Of a DNA stretch of 64,000 bases, positions 8,666 through 16,229 are shown piece after piece (positions within the stretch are counted from its first letter, which is position 1; every line of letters starts with the position of its first letter). The stretch is from a virus. The stretch lies in IMG/VR virus record IMGVR_UViG_3300035501_000484, positions 64,001-128,000 of that record; one strand, given 5' to 3'. Under the pieces are notes generated by a model. The model did not search any database. It had not been told where the DNA came from and saw only the letters and a list, made by a program, of their open reading frames with translations. The position numbers were made by a program, and so were the translations under genes.

Positions 8666-9076
8666 TTAGGCAAGTGAGAAAAATGCCTTTTTCTTATCCT
8701 CGGTTCTTACAACCTCATTTGTAGCACACAATTTCTTAACTAGTGCTGATAGTTTCTGATTTGTCATGGTCTTAGTTTCAGTACCTTCTACATAAGTCTT
8801 TAATCTATCATCAGTCATAAGCTCTGAAATTGTAACAGGCTTATCAGTTTCAGCAAGAACAGTCTTAATAGTATCTAGGATAGCTTCATTTGCCTGCTGT
8901 GTCTTAGTGTTACCACTCTTATTAGATTTCTTCTGTAGAAGTTCAACCTCATGGTCGATAAAAGCTAAGATGTCGGCTTTATTAGCGGTTTCCACACTTT
9001 CTACAATATTTCTTACCATTTCGAAATACTGTGCCTTTGTTACCTTTACTACCTTTGTTGTGTTTGTGTTTGTCAT
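8666..9076 (-). CDS. hypothetical early protein, family A (paralog of 4272..4670)
   Basis: 136 aa, homologous to the 4272..4670 product. Tandem promoters at 9125-9166 and 9213-9253. Downstream hairpins at 8633-8657 and 8574-8600. Confidence 0.7.
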   Translation of the reverse strand: MTNTNTTKVVKVTKAQYFEMVRNIVESVETANKADILAFIDHEVELLQKKSNKSGNTKTQQANEAILDTIKTVLAETDKPVTISELMTDDRLKTYVEGTETKTMTNQKLSALVKKLCATNEVVRTEDKKKAFFSLA

Positions 9077-9651
9077 AATTCATTACCTCTTTCTTTCTTT
9101 AAAATTATTTGTTTTTGTTTCCTTTAATATATTTATTATATCATTTCTTTATTCAGTTGTCAAGACTTTTTTTAAAAATCTTTTTAAGATTTTTCTTTTC
9201 TCTTTTGTTTTTCTATATATTTATTATACTATTTTATTTTTTGTTTGTCAAGAGTTTTTTATTTTTTTTGTTGTGGGAATTACTTTACATAATTCCCAGC
9301 AACTGCCTTGAGGCTCCCATCAGGATTGAAAAAAATAACATTATCTTGAATAACTCTAATTCCTTTAGCTCTTGCCTCAGCTCTAAAAACATAATCACTT
9401 TTATACTTTTTTAAAAAATCTGCTTTACTCATTTTTGTTTACCTCTTTCCTTTTCTTTTTATATATTTATTATATCATTTCTTATAAGGTTTGTCAAGAC
9501 TTTTTTTAAAATTTTTTATTTTTTTCTTGGTGTTGTTTCTGTCTTTCCCTTACCTTATATAAATATTATACTAAAATTTTTTATTAATTACAATAGTTAA
9601 AATGACTAAAATTATAGGATTATTTTTGTGTATTTTTTTTATTAAAAATCC

Positions 9652-9771
9652 TTGACAAAAAGTGCGGCGAGTGGTATAATAGAATTTTCGGGCAGCCACG
9701 TAGAGCAGCGTACGTGGCTGCCCCGTCAAGAATAAAAAAGAAAAGAGAGGTCTGAAAAGACCTCTCTAAGC
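9652..9771 (+). ncRNA. hairpin-element family, copy E (subtype 1 promoter)
   Basis: TTGACA at 9652-9657, 17-nt spacer, TATAAT at 9675-9680. Stem GGGCAGCCACGTA (9690-9702) pairs with TACGTGGCTGCCC (9711-9723). Loop GAGCAGCG. Terminator at 9748-9771. Confidence 0.6.
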
Positions 9772-10074
9772 ATAATCACCCTCATTATCTTGCCATTCTT
9801 CTTTTGTAATGATATCAAAATTACCCCAACAATCTGACCTAAAAAATTCTTGCGCCTGCTCGATAGCGTCATCATAATCTTCTAAGGTTTCATAGTCATC
9901 ACTATCGATATCTTCTGTTGCTAAATACATTAATGACTCTGTATGGTCTTGGACTAATTCATCTAAGTATTCATTCAAATGTTCTTTTGTTTGCTCTTGT
10001 TTAAAACAGATATATTTATCCTCATCAAAACCGCAGTAAGGAGTTGTTAAATAAAAATGAACGTATTGTTCCAT
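9766..10074 (-). CDS. hypothetical highly acidic early protein
   Basis: 102 aa, D/E-rich (DSDDYETLEDYDDAIEQAQEF). Long 5' UTR with 21-bp tandem repeats at 10102-10146. Promoter at about 10170-10215. Confidence 0.55.
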   Translation of the reverse strand: MEQYVHFYLTTPYCGFDEDKYICFKQEQTKEHLNEYLDELVQDHTESLMYLATEDIDSDDYETLEDYDDAIEQAQEFFRSDCWGNFDIITKEEWQDNEGDYA

Positions 10075-10212
10075 ATTTTCACCTTCTTTCTTTTAGGGCT
10101 GAACTTCTTTTCCTAAGCAATCAACTTCTTTACCAAGAAATCAATCGCCTGTACTTGTTAGAAGTCCGACACCCTTTATTTATATTTATTATATCATTTT
10201 ATTTTTCTTTTG

Positions 10213-10455
10213 TCAATAGATTTTATCAATTTTCATTGTTGTAATAGAAAAACAGTCTATAGGAGATAAACGACACACATCTTCTAATCGGTAGTATTTT
10301 CCATTTTCATCAAAAAAATCATCATCAGTTCTTTCAGCAATTTTAGTATTAATACAATTTTTAGCTTTTTCTTCAGTTGTAAAAATACCTATCGCTTTTT
10401 CACAACCATTTGCTATGTCAATGCACTCATTAACTATATACAATTTATTTATCAT
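10213..10455 (-). CDS. hypothetical early protein
   Basis: 80-aa ORF. Promoter repeat at 10470-10510. Confidence 0.5.
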   Translation of the reverse strand: MINKLYIVNECIDIANGCEKAIGIFTTEEKAKNCINTKIAERTDDDFFDENGKYYRLEDVCRLSPIDCFSITTMKIDKIY

Positions 10456-10506
10456 ATTTGATTGCCTCTCTTTTATTTGATATATTTATTATAGCATTTT
10501 ATTTTT

Positions 10507-10728
10507 TTATTTATCGCCCCATTTTAATTCAACTTTTCCAAAAGTTATTTTACAAGTAATAAGAATAAAAAGAAGTTCTTTATAACTTAAAATTGGAATA
10601 CAAGCAAAATATCCATTAAGAATAATTAATACTTGTTTAATTAATAATGGTGGAATAGCAATAAAGATAATTAATACTAATATTAATTTAACAATGCTAT
10701 TTACTATTTTTATATACTCTTCGTTCAT
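10507..10728 (-). CDS. small membrane protein
   Basis: 73 aa with two hydrophobic helices. Promoter TTGACC-17-TATACT at 10762-10790 (minus). Confidence 0.45.
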   Translation of the reverse strand: MNEEYIKIVNSIVKLILVLIIFIAIPPLLIKQVLIILNGYFACIPILSYKELLFILITCKITFGKVELKWGDK

Positions 10729-10761
10729 TTTTTTGTTACCTCTCTTTCATTTGATAATATA

Positions 10762-10790
10762 AGTATATCATAATATAGGATTAAGGTCAA
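10762..10790 (-). promoter_or_regulatory. early promoter, divergent from hairpin element F
   Basis: Minus strand: TTGACC (rc of 10785-10790), 17 nt, TATACT (rc of 10762-10767). It is back-to-back with the conserved upstream segment of the plus-strand hairpin module. Confidence 0.5.
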
Positions 10791-10839
10791 TGTACAGAAT
10801 AACTAAAATTTTGGTAAAAAATTTGTGCAACATTACTAC

Positions 10840-10920
10840 TTGACAGGAACTGGCTCAGCAACGTAGAGTAGCGTACGTTGCTGAGCCACTCAAAAGAAAA
10901 AAGAGGCTCAAGCCTCTCTT
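10840..10920 (+). ncRNA. hairpin-element family, copy F (subtype 2)
   Basis: TTGACAGG at 10840-10847. 15-bp stem 10851-10865 / 10874-10888 (TGGCTCAGCAACGTA…TACGTTGCTGAGCCA). Loop GAGTAGCG, identical to copy C, whereas the stems differ by compensatory changes. Terminator at 10899-10920. Confidence 0.55.
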
Positions 10921-10930
10921 AATAAACTAT

Positions 10931-11320
10931 TTACATTTTTAAACCTCTTTCCATAAGATATTGTATAGCCTTTTCACTGTCAAACCAGTTTAAAACGACT
11001 GATAAAGGTGGATTATCCTCTTTAAATTCGACAGTCATATACATATTATCTAATTGTTTAGTTTTCCATTCTTTTATGTCTTTGATATGTTTTATTGTCA
11101 TTGAATTAAAAAATGCAATTACTTGACCTTTTTTAAATTGCCATATATTAAAAGGTAAAAATATCCCATACTTACTATAATTTTCTTTTAAATTATCCCA
11201 TGTAAAATAAATTTTTTGATTTTGGATATTTTTTTCATCTGCCAAAGTTCTATTTGTAAAAGAGCTTATTAATTCATCTTTATAGTAAAATTTAAAGAAC
11301 CCTATATAAAAATTTGTCAT
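10931..11320 (-). CDS. hypothetical early protein
   Basis: 129-aa ORF. Terminator 10899-10920 downstream. Confidence 0.55.
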   Translation of the reverse strand: MTNFYIGFFKFYYKDELISSFTNRTLADEKNIQNQKIYFTWDNLKENYSKYGIFLPFNIWQFKKGQVIAFFNSMTIKHIKDIKEWKTKQLDNMYMTVEFKEDNPPLSVVLNWFDSEKAIQYLMERGLKM

Positions 11321-11324
11321 TTTA

Positions 11325-11450
11325 TTACCTCTCTTTTTTCTTTAATTCTTTTAATTTGTTAATTTGTTCGCCATATGTTGGCGGTTTGCCATTTACCGCT
11401 TTATATCTCCATATCCAGTTATTTAGAACTTGTTGAATTTTATCTGTCAT
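11325..11450 (-). CDS. small hypothetical protein (41 aa, not in ORF track)
   Basis: ATG at 11450 preceded by GAAGG. Translation MTDKIQQVLNNWIWRYKAVNGKPPTYGEQINKLKELKKKER. Confidence 0.3.
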   Translation of the reverse strand: MTDKIQQVLNNWIWRYKAVNGKPPTYGEQINKLKELKKKER

Positions 11451-11516
11451 AACCGCCAACCTTCTTTCTTTTCTTTATATATTTATTATACTACTTTATT
11501 TATCATTTGTCAACAG

Positions 11517-11795
11517 TTATTCTTCAACCACTGTTAAAAAATTTAAACATTTAGATTTTTCATCATACAAAATATGCAAGTGTCCTTCGTCTGCCACACA
11601 TTTCATAGTAGAGTGATTAATGACTTCTAACATTGTTAAGTCAGACATTTCTACATTTTCTTCTAAAGATACGCTATCTACAATATGTGGGATTATGATT
11701 TCATTCTCCGACTTCTCAATAAAATCAACTTCCATGAATGATAAAAAATTTTTAATTCTAGCAAAACTATTTCTAATAAAAATATTGTGTTCCAT
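11517..11795 (-). CDS. hypothetical early protein
   Basis: 92-aa ORF. Promoter-like sequence at 11830-11870. Confidence 0.5.
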   Translation of the reverse strand: MEHNIFIRNSFARIKNFLSFMEVDFIEKSENEIIIPHIVDSVSLEENVEMSDLTMLEVINHSTMKCVADEGHLHILYDEKSKCLNFLTVVEE

Positions 11796-11881
11796 TTTAT
11801 TACCTCTTTCTTTAAATGTTTTTTGTTTACATTTATATTATCTCTTTTGTATGTCAAGCATTTTAATTAAATCTTTTTCTA

Positions 11882-12349
11882 CTAGTTGCGATATTCCGCA
11901 ACTAGTAAATCAACTAATTTAATTAAAATATTTTCATTTGCATTAATTGTATCGCCTAAATTCCAACCAATTCTGATTTTTTCATTGTCATCTATTAAAA
12001 TTTGATAGCCGCCCTTTTTTCTAGTGCAATCGGCTTTTGTAGTGCCATATTTTACAAGATGAATTTCATCATATGGAAACTGATATTTTGCAAGCCATTC
12101 TTTTTTTGCTTTTCTAACTTTTTCATCATATTCTTTTGAGCTATCTTTTGCCAACCAACTTGTGATTACAATTTCCCAACCATTAGTTTTTAATAATCCT
12201 AAGATACTTGCAAGCGTGTCCATATCATACATTGGTTTTGCAATTTCATATGGTCTTGCATTTTCACTTCTCAAATCAACTAACCAATTTTCAACTCCAT
12301 ATAAATTTGCTAAAGTGCCGTCCATGTCAAATACTAATACTTTATTCAT
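11882..12349 (-). CDS. HAD-superfamily phosphatase, 5'(3')-deoxyribonucleotidase-like
   Basis: N-terminal VLVFDMDGTLANL matches the HAD motif I (DxDGT). Size and organisation match NT5C/YorS-like nucleotidases. Confidence 0.65.
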   Translation of the reverse strand: MNKVLVFDMDGTLANLYGVENWLVDLRSENARPYEIAKPMYDMDTLASILGLLKTNGWEIVITSWLAKDSSKEYDEKVRKAKKEWLAKYQFPYDEIHLVKYGTTKADCTRKKGGYQILIDDNEKIRIGWNLGDTINANENILIKLVDLLVAEYRN

Positions 12350-12442
12350 TTTTATTACCTCTCTTTTCTTTTCTTTATATATTTATTATAATACTTTATT
12401 TTTTATTTGTCAATAGTTTTTTTGAAAAAAGCTAAATTTTTT

Positions 12443-12889
12443 TTATTTAGCTTTTTTCAATTTTTCTAGCGTTCTTTCAACTACTATTTGAGCACCATTA
12501 AATTTAATTTGCACTTGTTTACCATTAATTTCTAAATCACCACTTACATAAAATGGTACATTGTCTTTACCTCTAAATTCTTGACCATTCATTTCAGAAA
12601 TAATTTTTTCAAACTGTACACCCTTATTATAATCACCATTTAAAATGTTTTCATTTCCAATTGATACAGCTCCTTTTTTAATTAATTGTTTTTGATAATT
12701 TTGAGGCAATCTTAATTGTAATTTTGCACAACCGCCCTTTTTACTACTTTCATGCTCAACTCTCATGTATCTTGGCATAATTTCGTTAACTTCTATCATA
12801 TAAACTTCATGTTTATAAATAAATCCTAAAATATAGCTATCTGCGGCTGAAAATTTTCTATAATTTCTAATCATTGTTTGTTTTGTCAT
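12443..12889 (-). CDS. hypothetical early protein
   Basis: 148-aa ORF. Promoter at about 12915-12960. Confidence 0.55.
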   Translation of the reverse strand: MTKQTMIRNYRKFSAADSYILGFIYKHEVYMIEVNEIMPRYMRVEHESSKKGGCAKLQLRLPQNYQKQLIKKGAVSIGNENILNGDYNKGVQFEKIISEMNGQEFRGKDNVPFYVSGDLEINGKQVQIKFNGAQIVVERTLEKLKKAK

Positions 12890-13174
12890 GGTCTTTTACC
12901 TCTTTCCTTTTCTTTATATATTTATTATAGCACGTTTAATGTGACTTGTCAACTACTTTTTTAAAATTTTTTTATTTTCCCCAATGGGGCTGTCAGTCAC
13001 CTTAAACCAACCGCCTAGCCATATACTAAACGACCAATCCAAGTAGTGTGACCTCCGCAACCCCTTTCCTTTATCTTATATATATATTATACTCCCACCA
13101 ACCGCAGAAGTCAATATACAAAATGACTAAAATTTCGGGATAAAATTTATGCAATTTTTTTCATCTTTTTCTCT

Positions 13175-13288
13175 TGACAAAAGTTGCTGGGTATGATATA
13201 ATAGATTTTTCGGCGTGCTGGCGAAGAGCAGCGTCCGCAAGCACGCCTTGGAAAATAAAAAGAAAAGAGAGGTTTTTAACCTCTCTTA
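13175..13288 (+). ncRNA. hairpin-element family, copy G (subtype 1 promoter)
   Basis: TTGACA at 13175-13180, 17-nt spacer, TATAAT at 13197-13202. Imperfect stem GGCGTGCTGGCG (13212-13223) with TCCGCAAGCACGCC (13234-13247). Loop AAGAGCAGCG. Terminator at 13266-13288. Confidence 0.55.
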
Positions 13289-13291
13289 TAA

Positions 13292-13516
13292 TTAATTTTT
13301 AATTAAGCCTTCATTAATAAGTATTTCATAAAACAATTTGCAAGTATCTTTATATTCTTCATCATTTTCAGCTATATATTTATAATCATTTTCACTAGCT
13401 TCATCTGGTACACCTTCAGCAATCCATAATTCAAAATTTTCTTCATCTTGCACTTCATCTCTTATGTATTTATCCATACTTTTTAAACACTGTACCTTTG
13501 CTTCTATTATTGTCAT
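13292..13516 (-). CDS. hypothetical acidic early protein
   Basis: 74 aa. Terminator 13266-13288 downstream. Confidence 0.5.
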   Translation of the reverse strand: MTIIEAKVQCLKSMDKYIRDEVQDEENFELWIAEGVPDEASENDYKYIAENDEEYKDTCKLFYEILINEGLIKN

Positions 13517-13597
13517 TTTGTTTACCTCTCTTTCCTTATCTTATAAATATATTATAATATAAATTTGTAAGTATGTCAATCCTTTTTATAAAATTTT

Positions 13598-13717
13598 TTA
13601 AATTATTTTAATGTAAAATAATCCATTACTAATTGAATAAGTAAAATCATACTGATTAACTTCTAAAAATCTTTTCACTTTTTCAAATGCCTCTCTATTT
13701 GTATACATTATTGCCAT
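13598..13717 (-). CDS. small hypothetical protein (39 aa, not in ORF track)
   Basis: ATG at 13717 with AAGAGAGGTAAAAT RBS. Translation MAIMYTNREAFEKVKRFLEVNQYDFTYSISNGLFYIKII. Confidence 0.3.
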   Translation of the reverse strand: MAIMYTNREAFEKVKRFLEVNQYDFTYSISNGLFYIKII

Positions 13718-13784
13718 TATATTTTACCTCTCTTTTCTTTATATATTTATTATAACATTTTATCTTTTGTATGTCAAGTATTTT

Positions 13785-13973
13785 TTATTCTTCTTCCATT
13801 TCATTTTCAATGTAGCTTTCAAATGTATTAAAGCCTGTTCTAGCATATACTATATTATCTAATATTGTGTTCCAATCGCCATTACAAATACATCTAACTA
13901 AATTAATTTCATTTGCGGTTGCAATTCCATATTCTATTATCATATCATATTTAATACATTCGTTTGTGTTCAT
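13785..13973 (-). CDS. hypothetical early protein
   Basis: 62-aa ORF. Promoter-like sequence at 13995-14045. Confidence 0.45.
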   Translation of the reverse strand: MNTNECIKYDMIIEYGIATANEINLVRCICNGDWNTILDNIVYARTGFNTFESYIENEMEEE

Positions 13974-14053
13974 TTTTTATTACCTCTCTTTTCTTTTCTT
14001 TATATATATAGTATACACCTTGCTATTTATATTGTCAAGACTTTTTTTAAATT

Positions 14054-14236
14054 TTCTTGAGCGGGAGTCGAACCCGCATTTACATTGTGCGTCGCATTAA
14101 GGATTACCACAGTATATTTATGTACCCAATTGTACAACCTTGCCTATCACCTGCTACCTGTTTCGCCATGAATTTACATAGGAATCGAACCTACACAGAC
14201 AGAACGCCAACAGCTTTTCCATTAAGCTATCAAGAA
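14054..14236 (-). ncRNA. tRNA-like composite element (two T-arms, one D-arm, long-range acceptor pairing); not a canonical tRNA
   Basis: Minus strand. Candidate 5' acceptor strand UUCUUGA is the rc of 14230-14236. Then UA, then D-arm GCUU-AAUGGAA-AAGC (rc of 14213-14227). T-arm 2 GUAGG-UUCGAUU-CCUAU is the rc of 14178-14194. T-arm 1 GCGGG-UUCGACU-CCCGC is the rc of 14061-14077. It is followed at once by UCAAGAA (rc of 14054-14060), which is exactly complementary to the candidate 5' acceptor strand. An insertion of about 120 nt separates the D-arm region from T-arm 1. No standard anticodon arm was found by eye. Confidence 0.35.
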
Positions 14237-14300
14237 ATAATTAATTTATTTTCTATAATTATAATACCATGTTTTTATTAATTTGTCAATAGTTTTTTTA

Positions 14301-14444
14301 TTATTTTTTATAAGTATACATAATAGTAAAGCCTGTTCTTACATCAGTATACATTGTGCAAAAAGCAATGTTTGGATTATTCTTTACTTTATTATAATAA
14401 TTAATCATTTGACCTTTGAATTGGAATGTTTTTGTATATGTCAT
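14301..14444 (-). CDS. small hypothetical protein (47 aa, not in ORF track)
   Basis: ATG at 14444 with AGAGAGGTAAACACC RBS. Translation MTYTKTFQFKGQMINYYNKVKNNPNIAFCTMYTDVRTGFTIMYTYKK. Confidence 0.3.
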   Translation of the reverse strand: MTYTKTFQFKGQMINYYNKVKNNPNIAFCTMYTDVRTGFTIMYTYKK

Positions 14445-14883
14445 GGTGTTTACCTCTCTTTCTCTCTTTCTATATTTATTATAGCACGTTTTCAGAAGTC
14501 TGTCAAGAGATTTTTTAAAAAAATTTTTTTATTTTCTATTCAGTTCTCTTTCCTTACCTTCTATATATAGTATACTACATTATACTAATAGAGTCAATAT
14601 ACAAAATGCACAAAATAAAATAATAAATTTTGTATAAAATGCTGAAATGCGGGAACCGCCTTACGAACCTAAGTTCTCGTTTTCTAACTGGAATTAGTTG
14701 CAACTAACCATGATAAGGCAAAACGAAAGCTGCGCGGCAGCTTTCGACCCGCCCAATTGTTTGAATTTTAGGAACAAAATAAAAAAGACCAAAAAACTCG
14801 TTTTTCACAAAATTTTTCTAGCCTTAGGTATCTTGGAGCTGAGCCGACCCGCACATGACCATGTACGAAATCGCTTGAAAGAA

Positions 14884-15051
14884 TTATTTCAAGAATGTAG
14901 CAATTGCTTTAAAACATACGTCCGCATTATCTTGAGAATGTGTATCTTCTTGTTCGCTGAAATAATTCATTGATGCATTAAGTAAATCTTTTACTGGTAT
15001 AAACTCAAATACTAACTGTAATGCGGCGAGTTCATTCAAATTATTGCCCAT
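14884..15051 (-). CDS. small hypothetical protein (55 aa, not in ORF track)
   Basis: ATG at 15051 with AAGGGAG RBS. Translation MGNNLNELAALQLVFEFIPVKDLLNASMNYFSEQEDTHSQDNADVCFKAIATFLK. Confidence 0.35.
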   Translation of the reverse strand: MGNNLNELAALQLVFEFIPVKDLLNASMNYFSEQEDTHSQDNADVCFKAIATFLK

Positions 15052-15195
15052 TGCATAAACTCCCTTCTTTATTTACTTTATATATATATTATATAATAAA
15101 TTTTTTAAAAAATCAATAAAAGAAAATTAATCAAGCTTTATAGAAACATAGACCGACCGCCCGCATGAAAAGAGAGGTTGAAAAACCTCTCTTAT

Positions 15196-15468
15196 TTATT
15201 TCCAACCTCTTTCTTCTTTAATTTTTTCGTATCTCTCTTTATTCTCTTGCTCTATCTTTTCTTTATCATATACTCTCATTTTTGTTTTTGTATATCCATA
15301 CTGTGTTAATTCTCTATTACTCCAATATCTTTTATTACAAATTTTAATAATTCCGTCCTCTTGAATTTTCTTTTTATTATCTATAATATATTGTTTACTA
15401 GGAACTTCTACTAATGTACTAACTGGTTTATAACCTTGATTTGAAATTAATGTTACTTGAATTATCAT
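15196..15468 (-). CDS. hypothetical basic early protein
   Basis: 90-aa ORF, K/E/R-rich C-terminus. Confidence 0.5.
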   Translation of the reverse strand: MIIQVTLISNQGYKPVSTLVEVPSKQYIIDNKKKIQEDGIIKICNKRYWSNRELTQYGYTKTKMRVYDKEKIEQENKERYEKIKEERGWK

Positions 15469-15537
15469 TTTATTTACCTCTCTTTATATATTTATTATAA
15501 TACGCTTAATTATAAGTTTATTAAGATTTCAGCCTAT

Positions 15538-15672
15538 TTATGAAGGCTGAAATCTTATTATTTGCCCATGTTTTCTAATTTCTATTTTTTTCTCTTGAGC
15601 ACTCATACCATGATACCATGCGTATGTTCCATCTTCAAATAAATACCAACCTTGTGTTTTTGTTCTTGCCAT
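15538..15672 (-). CDS. small hypothetical protein (44 aa, not in ORF track)
   Basis: ATG at 15672. Its upstream region is an exact 88-bp copy of the upstream region of 15762..15971. The 3' end runs through hairpin 15526-15553. Confidence 0.35.
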   Translation of the reverse strand: MARTKTQGWYLFEDGTYAWYHGMSAQEKKIEIRKHGQIIRFQPS

Positions 15673-15676
15673 AATT

Positions 15677-16064
15677 TTTATCCTCTCTTTCCTTTTCTTT
15701 ATATATTTATTATATACCTTATTAGTTATGCTGTCAAGACTTTTTTAAAAATTTTTTTATTTTATTTAAGCTCCCAATTTCTGTTATTTATATAAATATT
15801 ATTACCATAAAATTTTCCAATTGGTTCAGCGTTTTTTGCTACTATTCCAACGATATCTGTCACTTTATTTTGACCCCAAAAGCCATCTCTATCTTGAGTA
15901 TCTTCTACAAACTCTATTTCTGTATTATCGTCCATGTTTTTAATTATTTCCATTAATTCTCTTTTTGTCATTTTTATTTATCCTCTCTTTCCTTTTCTTT
16001 ATATATTTATTATATACCTTATTAGTTATGCTGTCAAGACTTTTTTAAAAATTTTTTTATTTTT
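15677..16064. repeat. exact 88-bp duplication of a promoter/RBS region
   Basis: 15677-15764 is identical to 15977-16064 (ttatcctctctttccttttctttatatatttattatataccttattagttatgctgtcaagacttttttaaaaatttttttatttt). Each copy lies upstream of a different small minus-strand gene. Confidence 0.7.
15762..15971 (-). CDS. hypothetical early protein
   Basis: 69-aa ORF. Upstream region 15977-16064 is identical to 15677-15764. Confidence 0.5.
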   Translation of the reverse strand: MTKRELMEIIKNMDDNTEIEFVEDTQDRDGFWGQNKVTDIVGIVAKNAEPIGKFYGNNIYINNRNWELK

Positions 16065-16125
16065 GTCTTGCTTTTTTCTTTTCTTCATCTTATGTATTTA
16101 TTATAGCATTGTTTACTACATACGT

Positions 16126-16178
16126 CAATAGACAAAATACACAAAATACCGCTTTGCTTTTGTGCATTTTGTCTATTG
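16126..16178. repeat. 21-bp inverted repeat (1 mismatch), 11-nt spacer
   Basis: CAATAGACAAAATACACAAAA at 16126-16146 and TTTTGTGCATTTTGTCTATTG at 16158-16178. The left arm equals the conserved 'upstream segment' motif of the hairpin-element family. Confidence 0.55.
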
Positions 16179-16229
16179 TTTTTATGTCAGTCTATTTTAA
16201 ATTACATGTGTTATTTTATCCGCCCTTAA

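Noticed and set aside
8907-9414. Two overlapping plus-strand ORFs (134 and 101 aa) rich in F/L/I
   Set aside because: They lie over the tandem minus-strand promoter region and the paralog gene. Composition (poly-F/L/I) is that of AT-rich non-coding DNA.
4100-13290. Possibility that the repeated hairpins form a CRISPR array or are CRISPR-repeat mimics
   Set aside because: Copies are 0.9-2.4 kb apart and separated by genes. Stems differ in sequence while only structure and loop are conserved. This fits a structured RNA family, not repeat-spacer units.
14054-14236. Calling two ordinary tRNA genes here
   Set aside because: Only about 18 nt separate the D-arm from T-arm 2, too few for an anticodon arm plus variable loop. 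The region upstream of T-arm 1 has no D- or anticodon-arm pairing. Only the long-range acceptor complementarity fits, so it is reported as tRNA-like.
13867-14281. Plus-strand ORFs 13867..14100 and 14057..14281
   Set aside because: They overlap the minus-strand tRNA-like element. Hydrophobic low-complexity products and no RBS.
14698-14973. Plus-strand 91-aa ORF
   Set aside because: It overlaps the structured GC-rich region and the convincing minus-strand small gene 14884..15051. No RBS.
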